Source of the DNA: a virus
Strand: one strand, 5' to 3'
IMG/VR virus record: IMGVR_UViG_3300023106_000001
Span: 65,485-129,484 of that record
DNA: 64,000 nt
Below the pieces are notes generated by a model, which saw nothing but the letters and a program-made list of their open reading frames with translations, did no database searches and had not been told where the DNA came from. Position 1 is the first letter of the stretch. Every line of letters starts with the position of its first letter. A program made the translations under genes and the position numbers. Positions 20,258-29,216 of this stretch are shown here, piece after piece.

Positions 20258-20612
20258 AATAACACTTTTACTATCAATAACAGTTCTATTCTTTTGCAGA
20301 AGTATAAGTGCATACACAAGTAATTACAATGATGATATTTGGTTTATACATTTCGTAGTAGTTGAAAGATCAGCAATGCTACTTTTATTATTATCTGTAT
20401 TTAAAACTGTAAAGAAGGTTTCATGGCTAATAGGAGAATTACTATTCTTTTTCTTAGCTCAGGATATAATAGATAGGCTGTTCTTCAACGTAAAAGAAAT
20501 CAGTACAAATGACTATATAGCAATAAGTATATTAATTATAATAGCAATAATAAAATTTAAAAATAAACAAAATGACAATACCAGAACAAATAAAGAAATT
20601 ATACAATTATAA
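20190..20612 (+). CDS. multi-pass membrane protein (start uncertain)
   Basis: About four hydrophobic segments; 5' end overlaps the previous ORF in another frame. Confidence 0.55.
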   Translation: MINLNRLIRHFQRLQNHQLVVSRITLLLSITVLFFCRSISAYTSNYNDDIWFIHFVVVERSAMLLLLLSVFKTVKKVSWLIGELLFFFLAQDIIDRLFFNVKEISTNDYIAISILIIIAIIKFKNKQNDNTRTNKEIIQL

Positions 20613-20862
20613 TTCCGCAAGCAAACTAAAAAAGCTGTTTACTGATTTATATAATAGCATTTCAAAACCTTCGGCTACAATAGCTAAAATCACACCAACA
20701 ACTAATCTTCCAGCAGTAGCGGCAACATATGCAGATTTAGCGGCGGCAAGAACATCAGTAGATGCTCAAAGAACAGCTGTTGAAGCAAGACTTGATGCAA
20801 TTGAAGCAAAAATAGATGAATACAATACAAAATTAAAAGCTTCTGGTGTAATTTCAGAATAA
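20572..20862 (+). CDS. small head-fibre/decoration-like protein
   Basis: C-terminal coiled coil ending KIDEYNTKLKASGVI, a pattern seen in head-fibre proteins; Ala-rich. Confidence 0.55.
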   Translation: MTIPEQIKKLYNYNSASKLKKLFTDLYNSISKPSATIAKITPTTNLPAVAATYADLAAARTSVDAQRTAVEARLDAIEAKIDEYNTKLKASGVISE

Positions 20863-20867
20863 ATAAA

Positions 20868-21401
20868 ATGGAGACAGTAGGTAAAATACATATAGATTTT
20901 GAAGTTTTTGAAACAGGTAATCCAAAAATACTTTCTGTAGCCGATACTAGCGATTGGCTCTATTCGGAAAATAAACCAAGTTACATATCAATAAAAATTC
21001 CAGGATCTTCAAAATACAAAACAGTTTCTTTTAAAAAGTGGGCGGTAAATAATTTTAACTCTCATAATTTAGGAATATCATGTTTAAAAGGTGATTGTAC
21101 AAAAGAAACTTATGTAAACTTACCTGATGGCATTTACACCATTAAATTACTTAGCGGGTATGAAGATATAGAAAAAGAGAAATATTACCTTAAAACAGAT
21201 GAAATAGACTTAGAAATAGCAAAGTCACTAACTCAAATAGGATTTGATTTCACAGATCAAACAGAAAAACAAATAAAACCTTTTCAAAAAATAGATCAAT
21301 TTTTATCTGTTGCGAAATCATGGACTAAATTAGGAGATTTTGTTAAGGCTGATAGATATTTTCAAGAAGCTAGTTCCCTATTTGATAAACAAAAATGCTA
21401 A
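20868..21401 (+). CDS. probable tail hub/structural protein
   Basis: 177 aa; LPDGIYTIK motif; position before the fibre genes. Confidence 0.5.
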   Translation: METVGKIHIDFEVFETGNPKILSVADTSDWLYSENKPSYISIKIPGSSKYKTVSFKKWAVNNFNSHNLGISCLKGDCTKETYVNLPDGIYTIKLLSGYEDIEKEKYYLKTDEIDLEIAKSLTQIGFDFTDQTEKQIKPFQKIDQFLSVAKSWTKLGDFVKADRYFQEASSLFDKQKC

Positions 21402-21402
21402 T

Positions 21403-21714
21403 ATGACAACTCTGCAAAAAATAAAAAATTTAATTTGGTTCAATCAACCTGAAAAACTAAAACCAATTCTTTTAGATTTATATAATAGGTCAGAAGAGTC
21501 CAAGTTAACACAAGATGAAATAGATGCTTTGGATAATTCAAATTCTCCTAGTGAACTAAATCCATTTGCAACTATTAGTGAAGTTTACAATATATTAAAT
21601 GGCACAAGTATTACCTTACCTACTTTTGCAGATAATGCTTCAGCAATATTAGGAGGTTTAGAAACAAGTAGGTGGTATAAAACCCCAGCAGGTGATTTAA
21701 AAACAGTAGTGTAA
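21403..21714 (+). CDS. small virion protein sharing its N-terminus with 20572 and its C-terminus with 22059
   Basis: ATG 21403 (MTTLQKIKNLI...DLYN); C-terminal LPTFADNASA..GGL....Y.T..G.LK. Confidence 0.55.
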   Translation: MTTLQKIKNLIWFNQPEKLKPILLDLYNRSEESKLTQDEIDALDNSNSPSELNPFATISEVYNILNGTSITLPTFADNASAILGGLETSRWYKTPAGDLKTVV

Positions 21715-22049
21715 TGGGACAGGAAAGTTTAGAAAAAATAAATATTGTAAATTACTTATTGCAATGGGAACAAAACCTACTAGAAGAAAATGATAAACAG
21801 TATTTGAAAGATCATTTTATGTTAGGTGACGGGGGAGATAATAGTAAGATTGAATTCTATCAGCTTTATATAAAAACTTTTTCAATGAAAAATTGTGAAT
21901 TATCAGAATGGGTTTGGAAAAAAATAAATGGGACTTTAGGTAATCCTAAGAGTTGCGACATAGAAAAAATAAAACCATTTAAGGAGTGTTGTCCAAAAAA
22001 CGTAACAAATATATATAATAACTACGACTGGAAAAGTACGGAGTGGTAA
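21714..22049 (+). CDS. probable tail hub/structural protein
   Basis: 111 aa with several Cys; start overlaps the previous stop. Confidence 0.5.
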   Translation: MGQESLEKINIVNYLLQWEQNLLEENDKQYLKDHFMLGDGGDNSKIEFYQLYIKTFSMKNCELSEWVWKKINGTLGNPKSCDIEKIKPFKECCPKNVTNIYNNYDWKSTEW

Positions 22050-22058
22050 AATTAAAAA

Positions 22059-25000
22059 ATGGCAAAAGAAGTTAAAAATTACAAATTAAAAGCTCTACCA
22101 TCGAAACCTATTCCTGATGCCATATTATACATAAAGGCAGACGGAGACTCATCTATTTCTACATACATAACTGATGTAAATGGAATACCTTACCCTTTAA
22201 AAGATGACGCTCCATCAGGAGGAGTACAAAGTATTTTTAATACAGACGGCACTATCTCTGTAATAGGACCAACTGATGTTAAAGTTAGCATTCAATCTAG
22301 TATTTTAAACACAATAAATTCTGCATTACAACCAGGAGATTTACCAAATACAAAAGCTGAATTTAATTCTCAATTATCTGATGGAGATTTCTTATTTGTC
22401 GGAGATGTAATACCATATACAGATGAAGAAGCACAAGATGCTGTAGGTAATATATTTATAGATACTAACACTATTGATATAACTTATGATGATTTAACTC
22501 CAAGTATATCTGCAATTGTAAAACCAAATTCAATAACACCAACTGAGTTAGCAGATAATATAAACTTAACAGAGTTTGTAAATAATGCAGGTTTTGAAAA
22601 CACTTCTCAATTAAATACAAGAGATACAAATAATAGGAATAGAGCTAATCACAATGGCACTCAAGCTATTTCAACAATTGTGAATTTACAAAATTCTTTG
22701 GACAATAAATTAGATGAAGGCGGATATGTTGGAACAGCACAAACTTTAGCCGACGCTATTGATGCAATTTTTGTTCCAGACCAATTAATTTCAGGTGTTC
22801 CGCCAACAAGATCCGTAAATACATTCACTTATCCAGCATTAGGATATACAGCATTGATTTCTAAAACACTAAGAACTAATCCTTCTTCATTTGTTACAAC
22901 CATAAGTGCTGCCTCAACTACTAATCATAAAAGAGTTGACTTAATTTATTTTAAGCCAGATAATACCTTGGCTAAACTTGTTGGTACTGAAGATTTAATA
23001 ATTGCCCCACGGCCAGATGTTCCTGCTGGATCAGTTGGAGTTTCCTTTATAAATGTTTTTGGTAATGTTATTGATACTCCAACGCCTATTACAGATGAAA
23101 TATCGGTTCAGAATTCTTTAGGGGTTGAACAATTTAAAATTACAGATTATTTTAGAGTTAGAGGAGCATCTTTTAGTTCGTCTTTAAAACAAATTTCAAT
23201 TGACCCAACCGTTCCATTTACAGCATTTGTGGACAGAGTAAACGGAAATGACAGTATTGCTGAATTAGGGAATTCAAACAAACCTTATAAAACAATCGAT
23301 GCTGTTTTTATTGGCTTGACTGATAGTGTTGATAGGCAAATAATTATTCAGTTAATTACAAAAGGGAATTACCCAATAAACAATAGGCTACCCGTAGGTC
23401 AAACAACAATAAGAAGTACTCTAGAAGTAACTATTGATTTAAGCGCAAATACTAATCAATACTTATTTTTAACTTATAATAATGGCTCTTTATCAGGTTC
23501 AACACTAAACTTTGATTTACCTAATGGAACACTTCAAAATTTAAGATCAGGAGGCACTGGAACTAATATTGCTCAGGGGCAAACAAGCTATGTCTTAAAT
23601 TTAAAATCAATAGTTTGGGATTGTACTTCTTATATGTTTTATGGGAATGATGCTGTGATACAAAAATTAGATAGCTTAAATACGAAAGGTGTTTTTAGCA
23701 ATGTTTTGTTAGTTAAAAACGGATTTAAAACAAATACATTAACAATACCAGTAGGCGCAGTAGAGACTGTGTTAAGCGGTATCGGCGGAACGGTAGAGAT
23801 ATCTAGTTTGGTTTTAAATGTAGGTAGTATCCAATTTAGCGGGGATGTTTATTATAGAATTGGTAATATATCAGGGACAGGGGTCTTAAATTTTACATAT
23901 CAGGGAGGTTCTACTGTAATTGATTTTATTAATTCTGTTGTGATTCCTAAAATAAGAATATCCCAAACAATAGAGAATTTAACTTTTACAGGGTCTATAA
24001 AATCATGTCCTTTTGACGAGACTGGATACATAGGGGGGGGGGTATTGAACTTTAAAAACTTTATAATTGATAATGTTACAAGCGGTTACTTTCTTAATTC
24101 GGGTGCATTCACGTTTAACATTATAAACACAACAATAAAATTGCCTTCGTTTTTAATATATAAAGTTGGGGGAGCGAGTGCTACAATAAATATAGTTAAT
24201 TCAACAATTGAACAAATTATACCGACTTATTTAATTGGTTCGGAAGTGAATGCAATTGTTAATTTAAAAGTAGGTGGATTAGAGACAAATGCAACATCTT
24301 TAGGAAGTTCTAAAGATATTATAGTTGATTATGCGCTTTTGTCATTTAAAGATAAAAAAAATGAAATAGTTGTTAGAAACAAAGTTGATATAATTAATAA
24401 AACTTTAGATTCCAATATGACATATCTTATTGATGGTGTATTGACGTTGTTGACTGGAGAATATATTGAAATACCAATAGGAGGTTTAACTATAAATGGT
24501 TACGGCTTTACCCCGTCATCAATAAAGAAAAACGTATCTGGTCAAAGTATTTTTACTAGCCCAATATCAGGAAGTGGAGATTTGGTTTCAATAAATATTT
24601 CTTATTATCCAGGATTAGGAAGCGTATTTAATATTAAAGACGCGACGGGTAATCATGCAATAGAACTTGATAAAGTTAATTTTCAAGGTGTAACTGGATC
24701 ATCTTTGGGTATCTGGGATAATTATAGGCAATTTACTGGTACTACTTGTGGGCTATACAGTTTGTCTGACGGAATTACATTAGAAGGCACTTGGAGCGGA
24801 TTTAAACTAACTAATAGTAATATTATTGGATTCGGATCTACAGGTACTTTATTCAAAAAAGGGACTTCAACTTTATTTAGTAATAGATTTTATATTGATT
24901 TAAATATTCAAATTTCAACTGGATCAAAAATTTGTGACTTTGCAGATGCCAATTTTACAAATGATAAATCATTACAAGTAGTAAACTGCTATGCAAAGGT

Positions 25001-25244
25001 AAACGGAGCTGTCAATGACTCTACAACAGCCACAAATTTTCCGAATATAACTCCATATTCTACTAAAGCATATTTTGTAAATAATATTGGAATTAAGAAT
25101 AGTAACAATATGCCTTATGGTATTAGTACTGGAAATATGCAAACTTATGCAGATGATTCTGCCGCATCTGCTGGTGGAATAGTTGCCGTAGGAGATACTT
25201 ATATAGAAACGTCAACAGGGTATTTTAAAAAGAGACTTACATAA
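22059..25244 (+). CDS. tail spike/fibre (receptor-binding, beta-helix-like), 1061 aa
   Basis: RANHNGTQ fibre motif; FVDRVNGND..A......PYKTI beta-helix entry motif; N/T/S/I/G-rich beta repeats; second beta-rich domain after about aa 770. Confidence 0.72.
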   Translation: MAKEVKNYKLKALPSKPIPDAILYIKADGDSSISTYITDVNGIPYPLKDDAPSGGVQSIFNTDGTISVIGPTDVKVSIQSSILNTINSALQPGDLPNTKAEFNSQLSDGDFLFVGDVIPYTDEEAQDAVGNIFIDTNTIDITYDDLTPSISAIVKPNSITPTELADNINLTEFVNNAGFENTSQLNTRDTNNRNRANHNGTQAISTIVNLQNSLDNKLDEGGYVGTAQTLADAIDAIFVPDQLISGVPPTRSVNTFTYPALGYTALISKTLRTNPSSFVTTISAASTTNHKRVDLIYFKPDNTLAKLVGTEDLIIAPRPDVPAGSVGVSFINVFGNVIDTPTPITDEISVQNSLGVEQFKITDYFRVRGASFSSSLKQISIDPTVPFTAFVDRVNGNDSIAELGNSNKPYKTIDAVFIGLTDSVDRQIIIQLITKGNYPINNRLPVGQTTIRSTLEVTIDLSANTNQYLFLTYNNGSLSGSTLNFDLPNGTLQNLRSGGTGTNIAQGQTSYVLNLKSIVWDCTSYMFYGNDAVIQKLDSLNTKGVFSNVLLVKNGFKTNTLTIPVGAVETVLSGIGGTVEISSLVLNVGSIQFSGDVYYRIGNISGTGVLNFTYQGGSTVIDFINSVVIPKIRISQTIENLTFTGSIKSCPFDETGYIGGGVLNFKNFIIDNVTSGYFLNSGAFTFNIINTTIKLPSFLIYKVGGASATINIVNSTIEQIIPTYLIGSEVNAIVNLKVGGLETNATSLGSSKDIIVDYALLSFKDKKNEIVVRNKVDIINKTLDSNMTYLIDGVLTLLTGEYIEIPIGGLTINGYGFTPSSIKKNVSGQSIFTSPISGSGDLVSINISYYPGLGSVFNIKDATGNHAIELDKVNFQGVTGSSLGIWDNYRQFTGTTCGLYSLSDGITLEGTWSGFKLTNSNIIGFGSTGTLFKKGTSTLFSNRFYIDLNIQISTGSKICDFADANFTNDKSLQVVNCYAKVNGAVNDSTTATNFPNITPYSTKAYFVNNIGIKNSNNMPYGISTGNMQTYADDSAASAGGIVAVGDTYIETSTGYFKKRLT
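24033..24042 (+). repeat. G10 homopolymer inside the tail-spike gene
   Basis: ata-GGGGGGGGGG-tattg (I-G-G-G-V-L); longest G-run I saw in the window. Confidence 0.9.
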
Positions 25245-25256
25245 TAAAAAATAAAA

Positions 25257-25706
25257 ATGGCAAAAAATTGCGGAAATAAAATAAGTAATACTTGTGGGGC
25301 AAGAAAAAACTCAGCGTGTATAGATTTTGAAGGGACACCTAACTCACAATCTGAATTAGTAGAAGAAACATGTTTAGATCAAGAACAAGTGACTCAGGAT
25401 TTATATAACCAAGTAGGAGAAATAAAGGACGAAATAGATTTATCAGAGCTAGGAGAGTTATGTCTTTCATATACATTAGAAGAAGGAAAAGTAATTGTAA
25501 AAAATGTTTTAGCTAAATTCGAGGAAGTAATTTGTGACCTACAAGAAAGAATAGTAGAACTAGAAACCGAACCAATCTGTTCAAAACCAATTGGAGAATG
25601 TACAGATGTAATAGGTTGTTTGGTTGATCCATGTGATAATTCTATTTTAACATTAGGAGATTGGATGAAAATAGTAGCAGAAAAAATTTGTATAAATAAT
25701 GGATAA
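25257..25706 (+). CDS. Cys-rich tail-fibre-associated protein
   Basis: 11 Cys in 149 aa; S.C(I/V) motif shared with the next two ORFs; coiled coil. Confidence 0.6.
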   Translation: MAKNCGNKISNTCGARKNSACIDFEGTPNSQSELVEETCLDQEQVTQDLYNQVGEIKDEIDLSELGELCLSYTLEEGKVIVKNVLAKFEEVICDLQERIVELETEPICSKPIGECTDVIGCLVDPCDNSILTLGDWMKIVAEKICINNG

Positions 25707-25715
25707 TTTAAAAAT

Positions 25716-25961
25716 ATGAGCTGTCAAGAGTCAATAATACCTGTTTTAATAGAAGATGAATGTCATGGAGAAAACGTAAGTGCTACTTGTGTCATTAAAT
25801 CCGCGGCCATAACGTACTTATCACTACCTCCAAACTCGACATTAACAGAAATATTAGATGCTTATTTACTATCATTAGTAGATGCAAGAAATAGAATATT
25901 AGTTCTAGAAGCGCAAGGAGCAAACTTTGAAACAAGAATAACCGCGTTAGAGAACGCATAA
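25716..25961 (+). CDS. small tail-fibre-associated coiled-coil protein
   Basis: 81 aa; SATCV motif; C-terminal RI..LE repeats. Confidence 0.55.
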   Translation: MSCQESIIPVLIEDECHGENVSATCVIKSAAITYLSLPPNSTLTEILDAYLLSLVDARNRILVLEAQGANFETRITALENA

Positions 25962-25973
25962 CAATAATAATTT

Positions 25974-27422
25974 ATGTGCACTAATTGCCAAAAAAATAAT
26001 TGTGGATGTCAACCAGAACCTCAATTCAGTCTTTGTAATCCACTATGTCCACCAGAACCTTGTACATGCCCAGTTTCTGATCTTTCTACAGACTGTATTG
26101 TTTTAGCGCAAGATTTGGAATGCTCAGGTGTTTTAGCAGGAACGGTTTTTACAGAAGCAATTCAACAGCTAGATGAATATATTTGTACAGCTATTGCAGA
26201 ACTAATTGCATCTATTAATTTAGTGAATGTAGGGTCAGGTGCTCAAATATACAAAGGAGTTGACGGAATCGGCCGAAAACAAATAAAAACAATTACTTCT
26301 GATGGTTCTGTAGTCATAACAGAAAATGAAAATGATATAGAATTATCTGTACCTACAGGATCTTTACAAGGATTACAGAGTGTATTAAACGTAGGTGATA
26401 CAGCAACTAAAGGTTTTAGTTCGTATAAAATGAGTTCTACTGATTTTAGTGCTTTAATGGAAGTTCAATACGGATTTCCAACATTTGGAAAAGAACAGCA
26501 ACAATTAAGTCTAAGCGCAAATAGATTATTATTAAATGGTACTTATTATCAGAATAATAGTGCAAATTTTGTAGCTGCGGCATTATCTATTGATGAAGGA
26601 GTAATGTCTTTACAACAAACATTTAATGGTAATTTTTTACAAACAACAAGAGTTGAATTTCAAGAAGGAATTACAAAACAAACAAGGTTATTATTTCCAG
26701 CTAAACCAATAGATGGTGATTATGTGCTAGCAACAGAAGACATGATACCTACTATAGATGGAAGCGAAACCAAGATATCTAATGGAACAAATACTACAGT
26801 TACAGGTAATGGTACAATTGCAACTCCATACCAAATTGCAGTTAATGGCTCCGAAACCAAAGTAAATGCAGGAACTAATGTAACAATAACAGGAAATGGA
26901 ACTACAGCGACTCCTTACATAATTAATTCAACTGCCACAGGAGCTTCTACGGTAATAAATGCAGGAACAAATATTTCAGTCACAGGTGCGGGAACATCGG
27001 GATCACCATTTGTAATAAGTAACACACAAGTTATAGATGGGTCTGAAACTAAACTAAATAGTGGAGTAACTACAGTAGTGACAGGAAACGGAACTATTGC
27101 AACACCCTATACTTTAGAAACAGTTAATTTACAAAAAGCAATAACTGCTAACTATACTATATTGCCCACAGATAACAAATACAGTATTAAAATTAATAAT
27201 GGAGCAACTCCAATTACAATCACCGTACCAGCAGGATTACCAGAAAACTTTTTTGTAGGGATAACACAAAAAGGTACAGGAGATGTCACTTTTACTAATG
27301 GATTAGGAGTAACATTATCTAATCCTACAGGATTAAAAATAGAAGGGCAAGGGTTATTTGTAGGTGTTGAACAAATTGGATCTACTAATGTATTTGATAT
27401 ATTAGGTAACACAAAATCTTAA
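25974..27422 (+). CDS. tail fibre protein with Cys-rich N-terminus and internal repeats
   Basis: 10 Cys in the first 50 aa; four DGSETK...TVTG.GT...PY repeats; C-terminal beta domain (YTIL..D...PITITVP..LP..F.V.ITQ.GTG.VT). Confidence 0.7.
   Translation: MCTNCQKNNCGCQPEPQFSLCNPLCPPEPCTCPVSDLSTDCIVLAQDLECSGVLAGTVFTEAIQQLDEYICTAIAELIASINLVNVGSGAQIYKGVDGIGRKQIKTITSDGSVVITENENDIELSVPTGSLQGLQSVLNVGDTATKGFSSYKMSSTDFSALMEVQYGFPTFGKEQQQLSLSANRLLLNGTYYQNNSANFVAAALSIDEGVMSLQQTFNGNFLQTTRVEFQEGITKQTRLLFPAKPIDGDYVLATEDMIPTIDGSETKISNGTNTTVTGNGTIATPYQIAVNGSETKVNAGTNVTITGNGTTATPYIINSTATGASTVINAGTNISVTGAGTSGSPFVISNTQVIDGSETKLNSGVTTVVTGNGTIATPYTLETVNLQKAITANYTILPTDNKYSIKINNGATPITITVPAGLPENFFVGITQKGTGDVTFTNGLGVTLSNPTGLKIEGQGLFVGVEQIGSTNVFDILGNTKS
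26755..27118 (+). repeat. four imperfect tandem coding repeats of about 29-33 aa
   Basis: IDGSETKISNGTNTTVTGNGTIATPYQI / VNGSETKVNAGTNVTITGNGTTATPYII / GASTVINAGTNISVTGAGTSGSPFVI / IDGSETKLNSGVTTVVTGNGTIATPYTL. Confidence 0.9.
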
Positions 27423-27424
27423 TC

Positions 27425-27850
27425 ATGAATAGTGTACAAAGAGCAGTATTTAAAAATAAAGTTAACACAATAGTTTCTCCTATATCAGTAATAGATATTA
27501 TTGAAGATAATAGTGACGTTTGTGACGGATATTATCAATTTAAAGTAATAACAGCTATAGAAGTAACAATTACTATAACAACTGATTTACAAAGTGTTGC
27601 AACTCTTATACCAGCTATAGGACTTCCATTACCTTCAGGATATATTGGATTATATTCAGCTACTTCACCTATTGTAACTAGCACAAATGTAGACCAAGGT
27701 TATATGCTTGGAATAAACGCTACATTATTTCCTGGTGGTGGAGCGCCAAGTTTTATAAGTAGATTGATTTTAGAGATAACTAATACAGCAACATCAGAAG
27801 TGCTATACGGAAGAGAGTTTACAAGAAATCATACTAATGCAATTTGTTAA
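27425..27850 (+). CDS. hypothetical beta-rich protein (possible fibre tip or chaperone)
   Basis: 141-aa ORF ending the fibre transcription unit. Confidence 0.55.
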   Translation: MNSVQRAVFKNKVNTIVSPISVIDIIEDNSDVCDGYYQFKVITAIEVTITITTDLQSVATLIPAIGLPLPSGYIGLYSATSPIVTSTNVDQGYMLGINATLFPGGGAPSFISRLILEITNTATSEVLYGREFTRNHTNAIC

Positions 27851-27883
27851 AAATATAGGTTTTTGGTCATCCTATATTCAACG

Positions 27884-27909
27884 AGGAGAGTAGAAATGCT
27901 CTCCTTTTT
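27884..27909 (+). terminator. intrinsic terminator with GAAA tetraloop
   Basis: AGGAGAGTA-GAAA-TGCTCTCCT followed by TTTT; preceded by a second stem (ATATAGG/CCTATAT, 27853-27877). Confidence 0.85.
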
Positions 27910-27925
27910 GTTTAAAATTAAGTAA

Positions 27926-27957
27926 TTTGTTAAAGTAATTAAATATCACTAAATTTG
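27926..27957 (+). promoter_or_regulatory. Bacteroidota-type promoter for the tail operon
   Basis: TTTG 27926-27929, 20-nt spacer, TAAATTTG 27950-27957; ATG at 27962. Confidence 0.78.
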
Positions 27958-27961
27958 CAAC

Positions 27962-28627
27962 ATGAGTAATAATGAAATCACCGATATTATTTTAAATACC
28001 TTAAAGGCTAATTCAAAAGACAGTAGAATTAGCAGAAGACTTGTTTTATCTACTTTAGAGAGCAAAGCAAAATTTTATATTAGTCAGAAATTAAATGATA
28101 AGAGTTTATATAGAGAAGCTAATATATATAAAGAAATACCTTGTACGGAGTTTAAAAACATTGATATTATAGATTGCCCAATAGTGGAGTTTAAAACTTG
28201 TAAGACTTTAATGAGAAGTAAGAAAAAAATTCCAGAACTTATTTGGTCAAAATACGGACACACCTTAAAAGAAGTCACAAGTATAGATGGAAGTTACGCA
28301 TTTGAACCTATAACAGCCACACAATACCGAAAAAATAAGGAAAGAACGGGAAAAACAAATAAAAAGTATTTTTACATTAAAGATAATTATATTTACATCC
28401 CAGACTACGAATTTTATACAGGAAATCTATATTTGATTTCTCAGGATTTATATGAGTTAGAGCAAATATCTGAATGTAGCAAAAATAAATGTGACTCTGT
28501 TTGGGATTTTGAATTTGTCTGCCCTAATAAATTAGAAGAAGTTGTAATACAGGAAACATTAAAACAGTTATCTTTAACTAAGCAAATTCAAGAAGATACA
28601 AATCCGAATTTAAATCCGAATGGCTAA
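27962..28627 (+). CDS. tail ring/tubular protein
   Basis: 221 aa; crAss-type ring pattern (LMRSKKKIPELI...VTSIDG...YFYIKDNYIY...F.CP..LE). Confidence 0.65.
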   Translation: MSNNEITDIILNTLKANSKDSRISRRLVLSTLESKAKFYISQKLNDKSLYREANIYKEIPCTEFKNIDIIDCPIVEFKTCKTLMRSKKKIPELIWSKYGHTLKEVTSIDGSYAFEPITATQYRKNKERTGKTNKKYFYIKDNYIYIPDYEFYTGNLYLISQDLYELEQISECSKNKCDSVWDFEFVCPNKLEEVVIQETLKQLSLTKQIQEDTNPNLNPNG

Positions 28628-29216
28628 GAAATATTTAAAAAGAGATGCTGTAAAAAGGGTGTTTAGATGTACTAATCATAAAAAACAAATACCTCCTACA
28701 AAACAGCTTCCCGAACCTTTATATGAAGAAAGTGCTAAATTTCTAAAGTCCGAATTAATATTTTCTCCTCGAGCACATAAGTTTTACAGACAAAAGACAA
28801 AGTATAAGAAACGGATAGCTAAACAAAAATTATTTTTTCTAATGCGAGAATGCCTTAAAGAAATTAAGAAACGTATGTTAGAAAATGAAGCAGGTGTCTT
28901 TATAGAAGGTTTTGGATATTTTTGTATGATGCGCCACCCAGAGAGAAAAATAAGAAATTTTTATATTGATGGGTATGTAGTAAAAGGTAAATATCTTCAA
29001 ACTATGGGATGCATGTATAGCCCAGTGTTCATGCCAATAAGAAAAGAGAGTTCCATGCAACAATGGACAATGGATAAAGCTTTTGATCAACGACTCATCA
29101 ACAGTTTAAAGTACAGGCTTAGAAAAAAAAGTAAAAAATATAGAATGTCATTTATGTTATTGAATAATTTATATGGCCGAGAAAATTCTAAAATTGATCC
29201 CCCAATATTAAAATGA
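28620..29216 (+). CDS. HU/IHF-like basic DNA-binding protein
   Basis: Very basic; helix followed by GVFIEGFGYF, resembling the V.I.GFG.F HU/IHF signature; crAss-like phages carry IHF-like genes in this region. Confidence 0.6.
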   Translation: MAKKYLKRDAVKRVFRCTNHKKQIPPTKQLPEPLYEESAKFLKSELIFSPRAHKFYRQKTKYKKRIAKQKLFFLMRECLKEIKKRMLENEAGVFIEGFGYFCMMRHPERKIRNFYIDGYVVKGKYLQTMGCMYSPVFMPIRKESSMQQWTMDKAFDQRLINSLKYRLRKKSKKYRMSFMLLNNLYGRENSKIDPPILK

